Source of the DNA: an uncultured bacterium
GTDB taxonomy: Bacteria > Omnitrophota > Omnitrophia > Omnitrophales > Aquincolibacteriaceae
Direction: 5' to 3'
Length of the DNA stretch: 64,000 nucleotides
Assembly: GCA_964410905.1 (NCBI GenBank)
Contig: CAYPIR010000004.1
Coordinates: 9,878-73,877, forward strand
Made by a program: the position numbers and the translations under genes. The notes beneath the pieces were generated by a model. It saw nothing but the letters and a program-made list of their open reading frames with translations. It searched no databases and was not told the origin of the DNA. This document shows, piece by piece, positions 18,393 to 26,975 of this stretch (position 1 is its first letter; the number at the start of each line of letters is the position of its first letter).

Positions 18393-19844
18393 ATGCTTAC
18401 TTTCAAAAATAAGATTCTTTTAATCGGCTTCGGCTCGGTCGCGAAATGCGCCCTCCCAATTCTTTTAAAACACATCCGCGTTCCATATAAAAACATCACT
18501 GTCCTAGACTTCGTGGATAAACGCAAAGAGCTTGCCCCTTGGATTAAAAAAGGCATTCATTATTCTCAAGAGCGCATTAATCCGATAAATGTTGCCCGAA
18601 CACTTTCAAAGTATGTTTCATCCGGCGGACTTGTCCTTGACCTCGCGTGGAATATCGACACGCTCGACATGATTACGTGGTGTTATGAGAACAAAGTTTT
18701 ATACATAAATACTTCCGTAGAAGAATGGGATCCGTATGCCAACATAGACGAGGAAACTCCTCTTGAAAAATCTCTTTACTTCAAACAAATGGAGATCAGA
18801 AAACTCACCGCCCAATGGGATGAAGAATCCACAACCGCGGTGCTAGATCACGGCGCGAATCCGGGTCTTATTTCACATTTCACAAAACAAGGTCTCCTTG
18901 ATATTGCGGAAAAAGTTACACGCGATACTGAAGTAGCAAAGCGCGAACGGAAGACTTTAGAGCGGCTAATACGCGATCAAAAATTCCACCGTATCGCGAT
19001 GAAACTTGGCGTAAAAACTATTCACATAAGCGAACGCGATACGCAAATTACTAACCGGCCGAAACAAGTTGATGAATTTGTGGGAACATGGTCAATTGAA
19101 GGGCTTCGTGAGGAAGCGCTAGCTCCTGCCGAAATGGGCTGGGGCACGCATGAAAAAGAACTGCCGGCTCTTGCCTTTCTTCCAGATTACGGTCCGCAAA
19201 ATCAAATATTTCTTTCGCAAATGGGAATGAATACTTGGGTCAGATCTTGGGTTCCGGGATACGAAATTGTCGGAATGCTTATAAGACATGGCGAAGCATT
19301 TACCATTTCGGAAAAACTTACTGTTTGGAAAAACGGCAAAGCAGTTTATCGTCCAACTGTTCATTATGCTTATATGCCGTGCGATGAAACTATCACATCC
19401 CTTCACGAACTCAGATGCCGAAACTATGAGCTGCAGCCCAATTGCCGCATAATGTCCGATGAAATTATAAGCGGCACGGACGCTTTGGGCTCTCTTATTA
19501 TGGGACATAGATACAACTCGTGGTGGACGGGAAGCATGCTTACGATTGATGAAGCGCGCGATTTAGTGCCGCATCAAAATGCCACAACAGTTCAAGTCGC
19601 GATCGGCATTGTTTCCGCGGCGGTTTGGATGATTCAAAATCCCAAAAAAGGCGTGTGCATTCCTGACGACATACCTCACGAAGAAATTCTTGAAACCGCG
19701 AAACCATATCTTGGAACATTCGTATCCGAACCTTACGACTGGACTCCTCTAAAGAACTATCGAATCTTTTTTCCTGAAAATCCAGCGGAGCATTTGGACA
19801 AAAAAAACATCTGGGGATTCAAAAACTTTTTTTTCAAATCATAA
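18393..19844 (+). CDS. hss: Homospermidine synthase
   Basis: About 483 aa from the RBS-supported ATG at 18393; the ORF track starts 33 nt upstream. NAD-binding GFGSVAKCALP, HGANPGLISHF, ERDTQ, WSIEG, GWGTHE and MGHRYNSWWTGS motifs are co-linear with bacterial homospermidine synthases of the saccharopine-dehydrogenase-like family. Confidence 0.75.
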   Translation: MLTFKNKILLIGFGSVAKCALPILLKHIRVPYKNITVLDFVDKRKELAPWIKKGIHYSQERINPINVARTLSKYVSSGGLVLDLAWNIDTLDMITWCYENKVLYINTSVEEWDPYANIDEETPLEKSLYFKQMEIRKLTAQWDEESTTAVLDHGANPGLISHFTKQGLLDIAEKVTRDTEVAKRERKTLERLIRDQKFHRIAMKLGVKTIHISERDTQITNRPKQVDEFVGTWSIEGLREEALAPAEMGWGTHEKELPALAFLPDYGPQNQIFLSQMGMNTWVRSWVPGYEIVGMLIRHGEAFTISEKLTVWKNGKAVYRPTVHYAYMPCDETITSLHELRCRNYELQPNCRIMSDEIISGTDALGSLIMGHRYNSWWTGSMLTIDEARDLVPHQNATTVQVAIGIVSAAVWMIQNPKKGVCIPDDIPHEEILETAKPYLGTFVSEPYDWTPLKNYRIFFPENPAEHLDKKNIWGFKNFFFKS

Positions 19845-20020
19845 ACATTTTCTGGCATCTAACTGTTCTGCGCAAATATTTATTAGATTTTGCGAATTAC
19901 TTCGTATCGCAGAATGACCGCTATAAGGTAGATGGCTTTGACATTTGGTCATTTGTGAAACAGTTGGCGTATGGTTATTCTTATAAAAGTCAAATCTAGC
20001 GCGAGGTCGTATTTTATCTT

Positions 20021-20428
20021 CTATCTTAAATATTCCGTGCATTCCTGCTTCCCCGTTCTGTCATAAAGACAATAAGAAACCAATGCTTTTTTGTTTAGCG
20101 TATCAGCATCAATAGAGGCGCCCGGAATTCCCCATATTATAGAAAGAGGCCAAGACAGCAAATTTAAAAACCCAAAAAGCCATTGGCTAGATTCACCATA
20201 CTCGCCGCAACCTAAGTAAAAATTACCAACCCCAGGCAATATATTCAAGGCTCCAGCAAGCCCAACATTAAAAGGCTTTTCATGATTTCCAACTGATCTA
20301 TCAACAGTTATGCCTTGTCCTCTTAATTGCGACAACGTAGCACGTTCTGTTCCTGATAAACTTGTACATCCTGCCTGAGAAATTAAAATACGCATAATCA
20401 AGCCAATTATAACTATTTGTCTAATCAT
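20021..20428 (-). CDS. Small lipoprotein of unknown function with C-terminal hydrophobic segment
   Basis: 135 aa; signal peptide with lipobox LISQAG|C; glycine-rich motif GALNILPGVGNFYLG; hydrophobic helix WLFGFLNLLSWPLSIIWGIPGA. Confidence 0.45.
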   Translation of the reverse strand: MIRQIVIIGLIMRILISQAGCTSLSGTERATLSQLRGQGITVDRSVGNHEKPFNVGLAGALNILPGVGNFYLGCGEYGESSQWLFGFLNLLSWPLSIIWGIPGASIDADTLNKKALVSYCLYDRTGKQECTEYLR

Positions 20429-20539
20429 CGCCCCTTTCTTTCTTTGGGATATTTAACTTTAAAGCCACTTTAAAAATCGTAAGCATCTTAAAACATACCT
20501 TTGCCTGAGTGTTCTTTTTAGGTATGTTTTTTGATAATG

Positions 20540-20776
20540 ATGGCTATGAAAAATGAACCCGCGGAAATTTAAAAAATTCTTGCCGGCAATATCAAAAAAT
20601 ATCGCGCGAAAGCCGGGCTCACGCAAGAAGAAGCCGCGGAGATTGCTGAATTAACTCTAAAATATTGGCAGCGGCTTGAAATGGTTTCACAAACAGATTT
20701 GCCGTCACTGCCCGCTCTTTTCAAAATAGCCGGCGCCTTAAAGACAACTCCGTCCAGTTTAATCGCCGAAGAATAA
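20540..20776 (+). pseudogene. Small XRE-family HTH regulator with an in-frame TAA after codon 10 (possible pseudogene or non-canonical start)
   Basis: In-frame translation: MAMKNEPAEI, TAA at 20570-20572, then KILAGNIKKYRAKAGLTQEEAAEIAELTLKYWQRLEMVSQTDLPSLPALFKIAGALKTTPSSLIAEE*. There is no ATG, GTG or TTG between the TAA and the HTH. Confidence 0.35.
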
Positions 20777-20816
20777 ACTTCTTGCGTAAACGAAAACGCG
20801 ACTTAAAATCAAGCTT

Positions 20817-21929
20817 ATGCAAACCACTTTTCCCGCTGAAATAAATTTCCCATCAAAGGTTATTTTAAAAAGATACGCGGCGGACGTTATCGCTCGTGAA
20901 TGTTCGGAGTTCGGTAAACGCGGGCTTTTGATTTGCGGAAATTCTCTTGTCAAAAATGGAACTCTCGAAAAATTAAATGAGGCATTTAAACCCGCGTCTC
21001 TTATTGTCGATTTTTTTATTAAGCAATCCGGCGAACCAACAACAGCGGCGCTTGAGCAGGCTATTAAAAAATCTCGCGAGATAAAATCAGATTGGGTTTT
21101 GGGAATTGGAGGCGGAAGCGCCATTGATTTAGCAAAGGCTACGGCGGGACTTTTCAACACATCAAATCTTGTTTCTTTTTATCATCAAGGCGGCGAAATA
21201 GAAAAATCCGGTATTCCGTTTATAGCCGTTCCAACAACGGCCGGGAGCGGCGCGGAAGCAACTCCAAATGCTGTCATAACAGACGGCGAAAAAAAACTAA
21301 AACGCTCAATACTCTCGTCTGATTTTTTAGCAAAAAAAATAATTTTAGACGCCGCTCTTTTACAAGATATTCCATTTTCTACTCTCTGCTATTCGGCAAT
21401 GGACGCTTGGGTTCAAGGCTACGAATCTTTTATATCAAAAAACTCAACGTGGTTTAGCGAAAGCTACGCGCTAAAATCCTTACAACTTGTCAGCCGCAAT
21501 TTAACAAGCGCGTTAAATTCAAAGCATATTGAAAATTTAGAACCCCTTTTGATTGGAAGTTTTCTTGCCGGAGCAGCGCTATCACATTCTCGGCTTGGAG
21601 TTATACACGGACTCGCGCATCCGCTTGGCGCGATTTATGAAGTTCCGCACGGGCTTATTTGCGCCTCGTGTTTTGTCCCCTCTATCAAATTAAATATGGA
21701 AGCAATGGGTTCAAAATACGCTGTCATGAGCCAAGCGGTTGGAGGCGATTTTTTAAAAACTGTTTTTGATTTGCAAAAAACTCTCAATCTTAAATCTCCA
21801 TTCAAAGGTAAAAATATTATAAATCGCGAAAAAATCATCAAAGAAACTCTTGCTTCAGGTTCCACGGCGGCAAATCCAAAAACCATCTCGGAAAAAGATA
21901 TTGAATATATATTGAAAGAGATCTTTTAA
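20817..21929 (+). CDS. Iron-containing (group III) alcohol dehydrogenase family protein
   Basis: 370 aa; GGGSAIDLAKA nucleotide-binding loop, PTTAGSGAEAT, metal-binding His cluster (HGLAHPLGAIYEVPHG). Confidence 0.8.
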   Translation: MQTTFPAEINFPSKVILKRYAADVIARECSEFGKRGLLICGNSLVKNGTLEKLNEAFKPASLIVDFFIKQSGEPTTAALEQAIKKSREIKSDWVLGIGGGSAIDLAKATAGLFNTSNLVSFYHQGGEIEKSGIPFIAVPTTAGSGAEATPNAVITDGEKKLKRSILSSDFLAKKIILDAALLQDIPFSTLCYSAMDAWVQGYESFISKNSTWFSESYALKSLQLVSRNLTSALNSKHIENLEPLLIGSFLAGAALSHSRLGVIHGLAHPLGAIYEVPHGLICASCFVPSIKLNMEAMGSKYAVMSQAVGGDFLKTVFDLQKTLNLKSPFKGKNIINREKIIKETLASGSTAANPKTISEKDIEYILKEIF

Positions 21930-21974
21930 ATCATAAACAAGCTGTTTCGCGACAAACTTATCTTCCCCGCCCTC

Positions 21975-22002
21975 TTGCCCCTCGGATATTTTTTGATATA
22001 AT
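21975..22002 (+). promoter_or_regulatory. Candidate promoter TTGCCC-16-TGaTATAAT (extended -10) upstream of the SulP gene
   Basis: TTGCCC at 21975-21980; TG at 21994-21995; TATAAT at 21997-22002. Confidence 0.35.
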
Positions 22003-22142
22003 CCCTCAAATATTGCCTGCGTCCTATCCCGCTTAGTGAAAGTAGCCTTCACAGTCGCAAAATCACTATCTCGGAAATCTTATTTTGGGCTCCGACAGGC
22101 GTCAATTCATTCACAAAGTTGGTATGAAAGGGCGTCTTCATC

Positions 22143-23855
22143 ATGTTTGTTCCAAAACTTTTTACTACTCTTAAAACCTATTCTTGGGCACAACTTCGTC
22201 AAGATTCTCTCGCGGGAATTATCGTGGGCATCGTGGCTTTCCCGCTTGCGATTGCGTTCGCCATCGCTTCCGGCGTTTCTCCCGACAAAGGGTTTGTTAC
22301 CGCCATTATTGCCGGAGCGATTATCTCCGGGCTTGGTGGAAGCCGCGTTCAAATCGGCGGACCGACCGGCGCATTTGTAATTATTGTTTACAGCGTTCTG
22401 CAAAAGTTTGGAATGAACGGGCTGCTGGTCGCGACTTTTATGGGCGGAATAATTCTGGTCATAATGGGGCTTTTCCGCTTCGGCTCCGTAATAAAATTTA
22501 TGCCGTATCCCGTAATTGTTGGTTTTACAAGCGGCATCGCCGTTATCATTTTCTCCTCACAGATAAGGGACTTCTTAGGGCTTGAAATGTATACCGTTCC
22601 TGCTCCATTTTTGCAAAAATGGGCAGCTTACGCTAACGCCCTTCCAACCATAGATCCTTACGCCGTTGCGATTAGTATATTTTCCCTTGCTGTTTTGATT
22701 TTTTGGAAAAAAGTCTCAAACCGTATCCCTGCCGCTCTTGTGGCGCTTGTGGCGTCTACCTTAATTGCGCATTACTTCAAACTCCCAATAGAAACCATCG
22801 GCAGCAGATTTGGCGAAATCCCCCACACTCTTCCGATGCCAAAATTTCCTTCTATTTCTTGGAGCGAAATTGATAATTTGCTGCCAAGCGCCATGACAAT
22901 CGCGGTGCTTGCCGGCATGGAATCTCTTCTTTCCGCGGTTGTCGCGGACGGTATGATTGAAGGAAAGCATCGACCAAATGTCGAACTTGTGGCGCAAGGA
23001 ATTGCGAATATGGCATCTCCGCTTTTTGGAGGAATTCCCGCGACTGGCGCGATCGCGCGAACCGCCACAAATGTCCACAACGGCGGAAGAACTCCGGTCG
23101 CCGGACTTGTCCATTGCGTCGTTCTTTTGGCAATTATGTTTTTCTTAGGCAAATGGATTTCTTTAGTTCCGCTTGCCACTCTTGCCGCAATTCTCATTGT
23201 CGTTGCCTACAATATGGGCGAACAAAGATCGTTCGCGATGATTTTACGAAGCCCCAAAAGCGACGCCGCGGTTTTGCTCGTTACTTTTTCTCTAACAGTT
23301 TTGGCCGATTTAACTATCGCCATTCAAGTCGGTCTGTTTTTGGCAATGCTTCTTTTTATGCGCCGGATGGCGCTTGTCACAAATATTGGCGTTTTTACAA
23401 AAGAGTTGAAAGACTCGCCCGACCCAAGCTACGACCCAAACTCCGTCAACAAACGAGACATGCCTCCGCAAACTGAGGTCTATGAAATTAACGGCCCTTT
23501 TTTCTTCGGAGCTTCTTATAAGTTTATGGCGGCAATGGGCGGGATTGAAACAAAATCAAAGGTTCGCGTTCTCCGTATGCGGAATGTTCTCGCTTTGGAT
23601 GCCACGGGACTTCACACTTTAACTGAGGTTTACAAGACGCTAAAAAAGCGAAATGTCTCTCTTTTGATTTCAGACTTGCACACGCAGCCGTTAATCGCGA
23701 TGGAACGCTCGGGGCTTTTAGAAGAAATTGGCGAAGGTAATTTATTTGGGAATATCGATGACGCGTTAAATCGCGCTCGCGAAATTTTAGGCTTACCGCA
23801 AATCCCGCGGCCTGTTCCGTTTGTGCCTACAGTTGAGCGCGAAAAGTCTGTTTAA
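22143..23855 (+). CDS. SulP-family inorganic anion transporter with C-terminal STAS domain
   Basis: 570 aa; N-terminal SulP signature (LAGIIVGIVAFPLAIAFAIASGVSP), multiple TM helices, C-terminal STAS-like fold (YEINGPFFFGASYKF...). Confidence 0.85.
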   Translation: MFVPKLFTTLKTYSWAQLRQDSLAGIIVGIVAFPLAIAFAIASGVSPDKGFVTAIIAGAIISGLGGSRVQIGGPTGAFVIIVYSVLQKFGMNGLLVATFMGGIILVIMGLFRFGSVIKFMPYPVIVGFTSGIAVIIFSSQIRDFLGLEMYTVPAPFLQKWAAYANALPTIDPYAVAISIFSLAVLIFWKKVSNRIPAALVALVASTLIAHYFKLPIETIGSRFGEIPHTLPMPKFPSISWSEIDNLLPSAMTIAVLAGMESLLSAVVADGMIEGKHRPNVELVAQGIANMASPLFGGIPATGAIARTATNVHNGGRTPVAGLVHCVVLLAIMFFLGKWISLVPLATLAAILIVVAYNMGEQRSFAMILRSPKSDAAVLLVTFSLTVLADLTIAIQVGLFLAMLLFMRRMALVTNIGVFTKELKDSPDPSYDPNSVNKRDMPPQTEVYEINGPFFFGASYKFMAAMGGIETKSKVRVLRMRNVLALDATGLHTLTEVYKTLKKRNVSLLISDLHTQPLIAMERSGLLEEIGEGNLFGNIDDALNRAREILGLPQIPRPVPFVPTVEREKSV

Positions 23856-23946
23856 CTTTCTTGAAGCGAAAAAGAAAATTTTTGCGCGTTTGTTATCATT
23901 TTCGTGCTCATAAATCCGAGGAATGAACACTAAAGAGCTGCACTTG

Positions 23947-24279
23947 CTACAGTTTTTGAACTCGTTTTTTTATTTCCTCTATAAGCTGCAGTCCAACTTC
24001 CCTGTCATAATTGGAAGAATCGTATTGAGTGTTCAAAATAATAAAAATTTCCCGAAGCATTCTTTGTATTAAAAAAATTTTCTCACCCTGCCGTCCAAGC
24101 TTTTCAATAATGGCGTATAAAAATGACTTCATCGAATGTATCGCATCGTAATTGAGCGTTTTTTCTTTCCCGCACCAAAAAAATTCTAATTCCATGAGAG
24201 CATTTTCCAACAAATTAAGGCTTTCCGCCACGCCGCCTCTCTTTAAACTGTTTTCTGTATCTGTAATTTTTCCGTTCAT
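23947..24279 (-). CDS. Hypothetical protein (110 aa); weak resemblance to HEPN-like / HI0074-type helical proteins
   Basis: ORF with no recognisable catalytic motif; predicted all-helical; divergent from the XRE-cupin regulator. Confidence 0.35.
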   Translation of the reverse strand: MNGKITDTENSLKRGGVAESLNLLENALMELEFFWCGKEKTLNYDAIHSMKSFLYAIIEKLGRQGEKIFLIQRMLREIFIILNTQYDSSNYDREVGLQLIEEIKKRVQKL

Positions 24280-24444
24280 GCGAGGATACTTACCACGTCA
24301 TTTTTACTAGAGCAAGCTAGCCTGACGAAGTTTTTTAAAATATCTTTTTAGTTTTTATTGAAAAATAAACTGTTATAATACGCTCTCTATAGAAATTTAT
24401 ATGACTATTTTTCTATTTTAAAAAACTTATAAGGAGAGGTTGTT

Positions 24445-25083
24445 ATGTATGAAGAATTAAACAAAGATTTGAACGCGCAAGAAAAAGGCAAGCGGCCAAA
24501 ACGAATGCCTTTTTGGGGAAAGGCTATCAAACTTTTACTTTCACAAAAATCCGATTCCACCAAACCCAAATCTGTTAACTGGCTGTCGCAAAAAACGGGT
24601 ATAAATGAAAAAAATCTTCATAACATTATTGCGGGCAGGATTCTTGACCCTACATCAGAAAAACTTGTCGCCATCGCGGACGCTTTTGAAATATCTTTTT
24701 CAGAATTTGCGGCAATAGCTATGGGAGAAAATGAAGGAAACTTTTATGTCTGCGGATTTGGAGATAGAGGGTTTGTTGATTATCCGCAGCACGGTCTTAG
24801 CATTCAAACGCTTACGCCTCAGGCTAAAACCAGTCGTGATTTTTTCCTTGGCCGGCTGAGGATAAAACCATTTAAAGATTTGAGAAAATGGAAGTTTAAG
24901 GAAAACTCTACAGTTGCGATTTTTGTTGAATCGGGAACTTTGGAAATGACTTACGGAAGCAGTAAAAAAACAATTCATTCAAATGAATCGGTTTACTTTG
25001 ACGCTTCAGTGCCGCACAAAATCAAAAACATTGACTCAATCGAAGCCATACTTTTTCTCGTAACCAATCCGTCAATTTTTTAA
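24445..25083 (+). CDS. XRE-family HTH plus C-terminal cupin-domain transcriptional regulator
   Basis: 212 aa; N-terminal HTH (WLSQKTGINEKNLHNIIAGR), C-terminal cupin-like beta region (VAIFVESGTLEMTYGSSKKTIHSNESVYFDASVPHKIKN). Confidence 0.6.
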   Translation: MYEELNKDLNAQEKGKRPKRMPFWGKAIKLLLSQKSDSTKPKSVNWLSQKTGINEKNLHNIIAGRILDPTSEKLVAIADAFEISFSEFAAIAMGENEGNFYVCGFGDRGFVDYPQHGLSIQTLTPQAKTSRDFFLGRLRIKPFKDLRKWKFKENSTVAIFVESGTLEMTYGSSKKTIHSNESVYFDASVPHKIKNIDSIEAILFLVTNPSIF

Positions 25084-25121
25084 TAAATCGCCGCGTCCCT
25101 GAATTGAATCGCCTTGCGTGT

Positions 25122-26285
25122 TTAAAACAACTTCGCGATTCGTTCTACGGCCCGCTCAATATCTTTTTCAGAAGTTGCAAAACTCATCCTAATATGCTTT
25201 GAGCTTCCAAACGGCTCACAAGGAATAACGGCGACATGCGCTTCTTCTAGCAATTTCTTAGCGACATCGAACGCGGAAAGCCCTGTGGCGCTGATGTCCG
25301 TAAAAAGATAAAAAGCGCCGTTAGGTTTAAAAGGCTTGAAGGTTCCAACAGCTTTTAGTTTTTCAATAAAGAAGTCTCTGCGTTTTTCATAAATTTTTCG
25401 CATACGCTCCGCTTCGATATCACCTTTTTCTAGAGCCGCGACGCCGCCCGCTTGCGTAAATGAAACAGTGTTTGAGGTAGAATGACTTTGAATGCTCGAG
25501 ACTGCTTTGGCAAGAGATTTTTCAGGAATCGCCGCGTATCCAAGCCGCCAGCCCGTCATGGCATACGCTTTGCTATGCCCATTTATAATTACAGTTTGCT
25601 TGGCGACTTCCGAGTCGACAGCGGCGATTGATATGTGCTTTGAACCATCAAAAATAAGTTTTTCGTAAATCTCATCGCTTAGAACCACAAGATTGGAATA
25701 TTTTTTTATCACATTGCAAAGCGCCTGTAATTCTTCTTTGGAATAAACCGCGCCTGTCGGATTCGATGGAGCGTTTAAAATCAGCACTTTGGATTTAGGC
25801 GTAAGTTTTGCTTCAAGTTTTTCGGGAGTAATTTTAAAGCTAGTCTCCGCGTCAGTTTCGATAAAAACGCTTTTGCCGCCTAATACGGTTACCATTTCCG
25901 GATAACTTAGCCAATATGGAACGGGAATTAAAACTTCATCATCCGGATTCAATAACGCGAAGAGAACGTTAAAAATAGCGTGTTTCGCGCCGGTGCTCAC
26001 AACAATTTGGTCGGCAGAAAACTCTAATCCCTGATCACGTTTTAGTTTATGGGCAATAGCCTCTCTTAATTCTTGCGTCCCAGAAACAGCCGTATATTTT
26101 GTCTGACCTTTTTTAAGAGCATCAATAGCCGCGTCTTTAATAAAATCCGGCGTGTCAAAATCAGGTTCTCCCGCGCTGAGAGAAATCACGTCTATGCCTT
26201 GAGCTTTCATAGCCTTTGCTTTTGCCGCGATTTCCAAAGTTACGGAAGGCTTTACAGCTGCAACACGTTTTGCAATTTCCATCAT
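25122..26285 (-). CDS. Pyridoxal-phosphate-dependent aminotransferase, class I (aspartate aminotransferase-like)
   Basis: 387 aa; fold-type I signature including NPTG and the SKAYAMTGWRLGY lysine region. Confidence 0.8.
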   Translation of the reverse strand: MMEIAKRVAAVKPSVTLEIAAKAKAMKAQGIDVISLSAGEPDFDTPDFIKDAAIDALKKGQTKYTAVSGTQELREAIAHKLKRDQGLEFSADQIVVSTGAKHAIFNVLFALLNPDDEVLIPVPYWLSYPEMVTVLGGKSVFIETDAETSFKITPEKLEAKLTPKSKVLILNAPSNPTGAVYSKEELQALCNVIKKYSNLVVLSDEIYEKLIFDGSKHISIAAVDSEVAKQTVIINGHSKAYAMTGWRLGYAAIPEKSLAKAVSSIQSHSTSNTVSFTQAGGVAALEKGDIEAERMRKIYEKRRDFFIEKLKAVGTFKPFKPNGAFYLFTDISATGLSAFDVAKKLLEEAHVAVIPCEPFGSSKHIRMSFATSEKDIERAVERIAKLF

Positions 26286-26298
26286 TTTTCCCTTTATG

Positions 26299-26334
26299 AA
26301 AAAAGACAGGAGTGCTCATAAAAGCACCCCTGTC
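26299..26334 (-). terminator. Rho-independent terminator after rplQ (hairpin followed by T-run on the minus strand)
   Basis: gacaggagtgct-cataaa-agcacccctgtc (plus 26305-26334); on the minus strand the stem is followed by TTTTTT (plus A6 at 26299-26304), 45 nt downstream of the rplQ stop. Confidence 0.55.
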
Positions 26335-26379
26335 CCAGTTTAAAATCTTAGGTTGTAAAAATTTAAAGAAAACGCCTTA

Positions 26380-26967
26380 TTATTGTTCATCTCCCTTAAG
26401 AAATTTTCTAAGCGTCCCAAGAAATCCGCCTTTTTTGTTTGTTTCTTTTTTCTCAGGTTTTTCTTTTGTTTCTTCAACTTCCTTTGCCGCTTTTTTAGTT
26501 TTCTTCTCAGCGGTTTTGGAGGCTGTCTTTACTGTTTTCTTTTCATCTGCCGCTTCGACGGCTTTAACTGATTTGCTTTTTTTCTTGCTGTCTTTTTTCG
26601 CAGGCGCTTCAAAAACCGCCGTCCATTCTAAAAGCGCTTTTTCCGCGCCATCGCTAGCGCGAAACCCTAAGCGAAGTACACGCGTATAGCCGCCGGCGCG
26701 CTCTTTCAAAAGCGGAGCTATTTTCTTAATAAGAATATCCGCGATTTTAGGATCACGGACTTTTGAGATCAAAAGCCTTCTAGCGTGAAGCCCTTCGCGT
26801 TTCGCGATAGTAACCGCTTTGTCCGCAAAGCTGCTGACTTCCTTCGCGCGAGCATAAGTAGTTTCAATTCTCTTATGCAAAACAAGCGCGCGAAGAATGT
26901 TTCTAAGCATCGCCGTGCGGTGTGAACTAACAACTCCTAATTTTCTTCTACGTCGTTGATGTCGCAT
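26380..26967 (-). CDS. rplQ: 50S ribosomal protein L17 with about 70-aa Lys/Ala/Glu-rich C-terminal extension
   Basis: N-terminal 120 aa is canonical L17 (MRHQRRRRKLGVVSSHRTAMLRNI...GGYTRVLRLG); the tail is ...APAKKDSKKKSKSVKAVEAADEKKTVKTASKTAEKKTKKAAKEVEETKEKPEKKETNKK.... Confidence 0.85.
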   Translation of the reverse strand: MRHQRRRRKLGVVSSHRTAMLRNILRALVLHKRIETTYARAKEVSSFADKAVTIAKREGLHARRLLISKVRDPKIADILIKKIAPLLKERAGGYTRVLRLGFRASDGAEKALLEWTAVFEAPAKKDSKKKSKSVKAVEAADEKKTVKTASKTAEKKTKKAAKEVEETKEKPEKKETNKKGGFLGTLRKFLKGDEQ

Positions 26968-26975
26968 AATTAACC

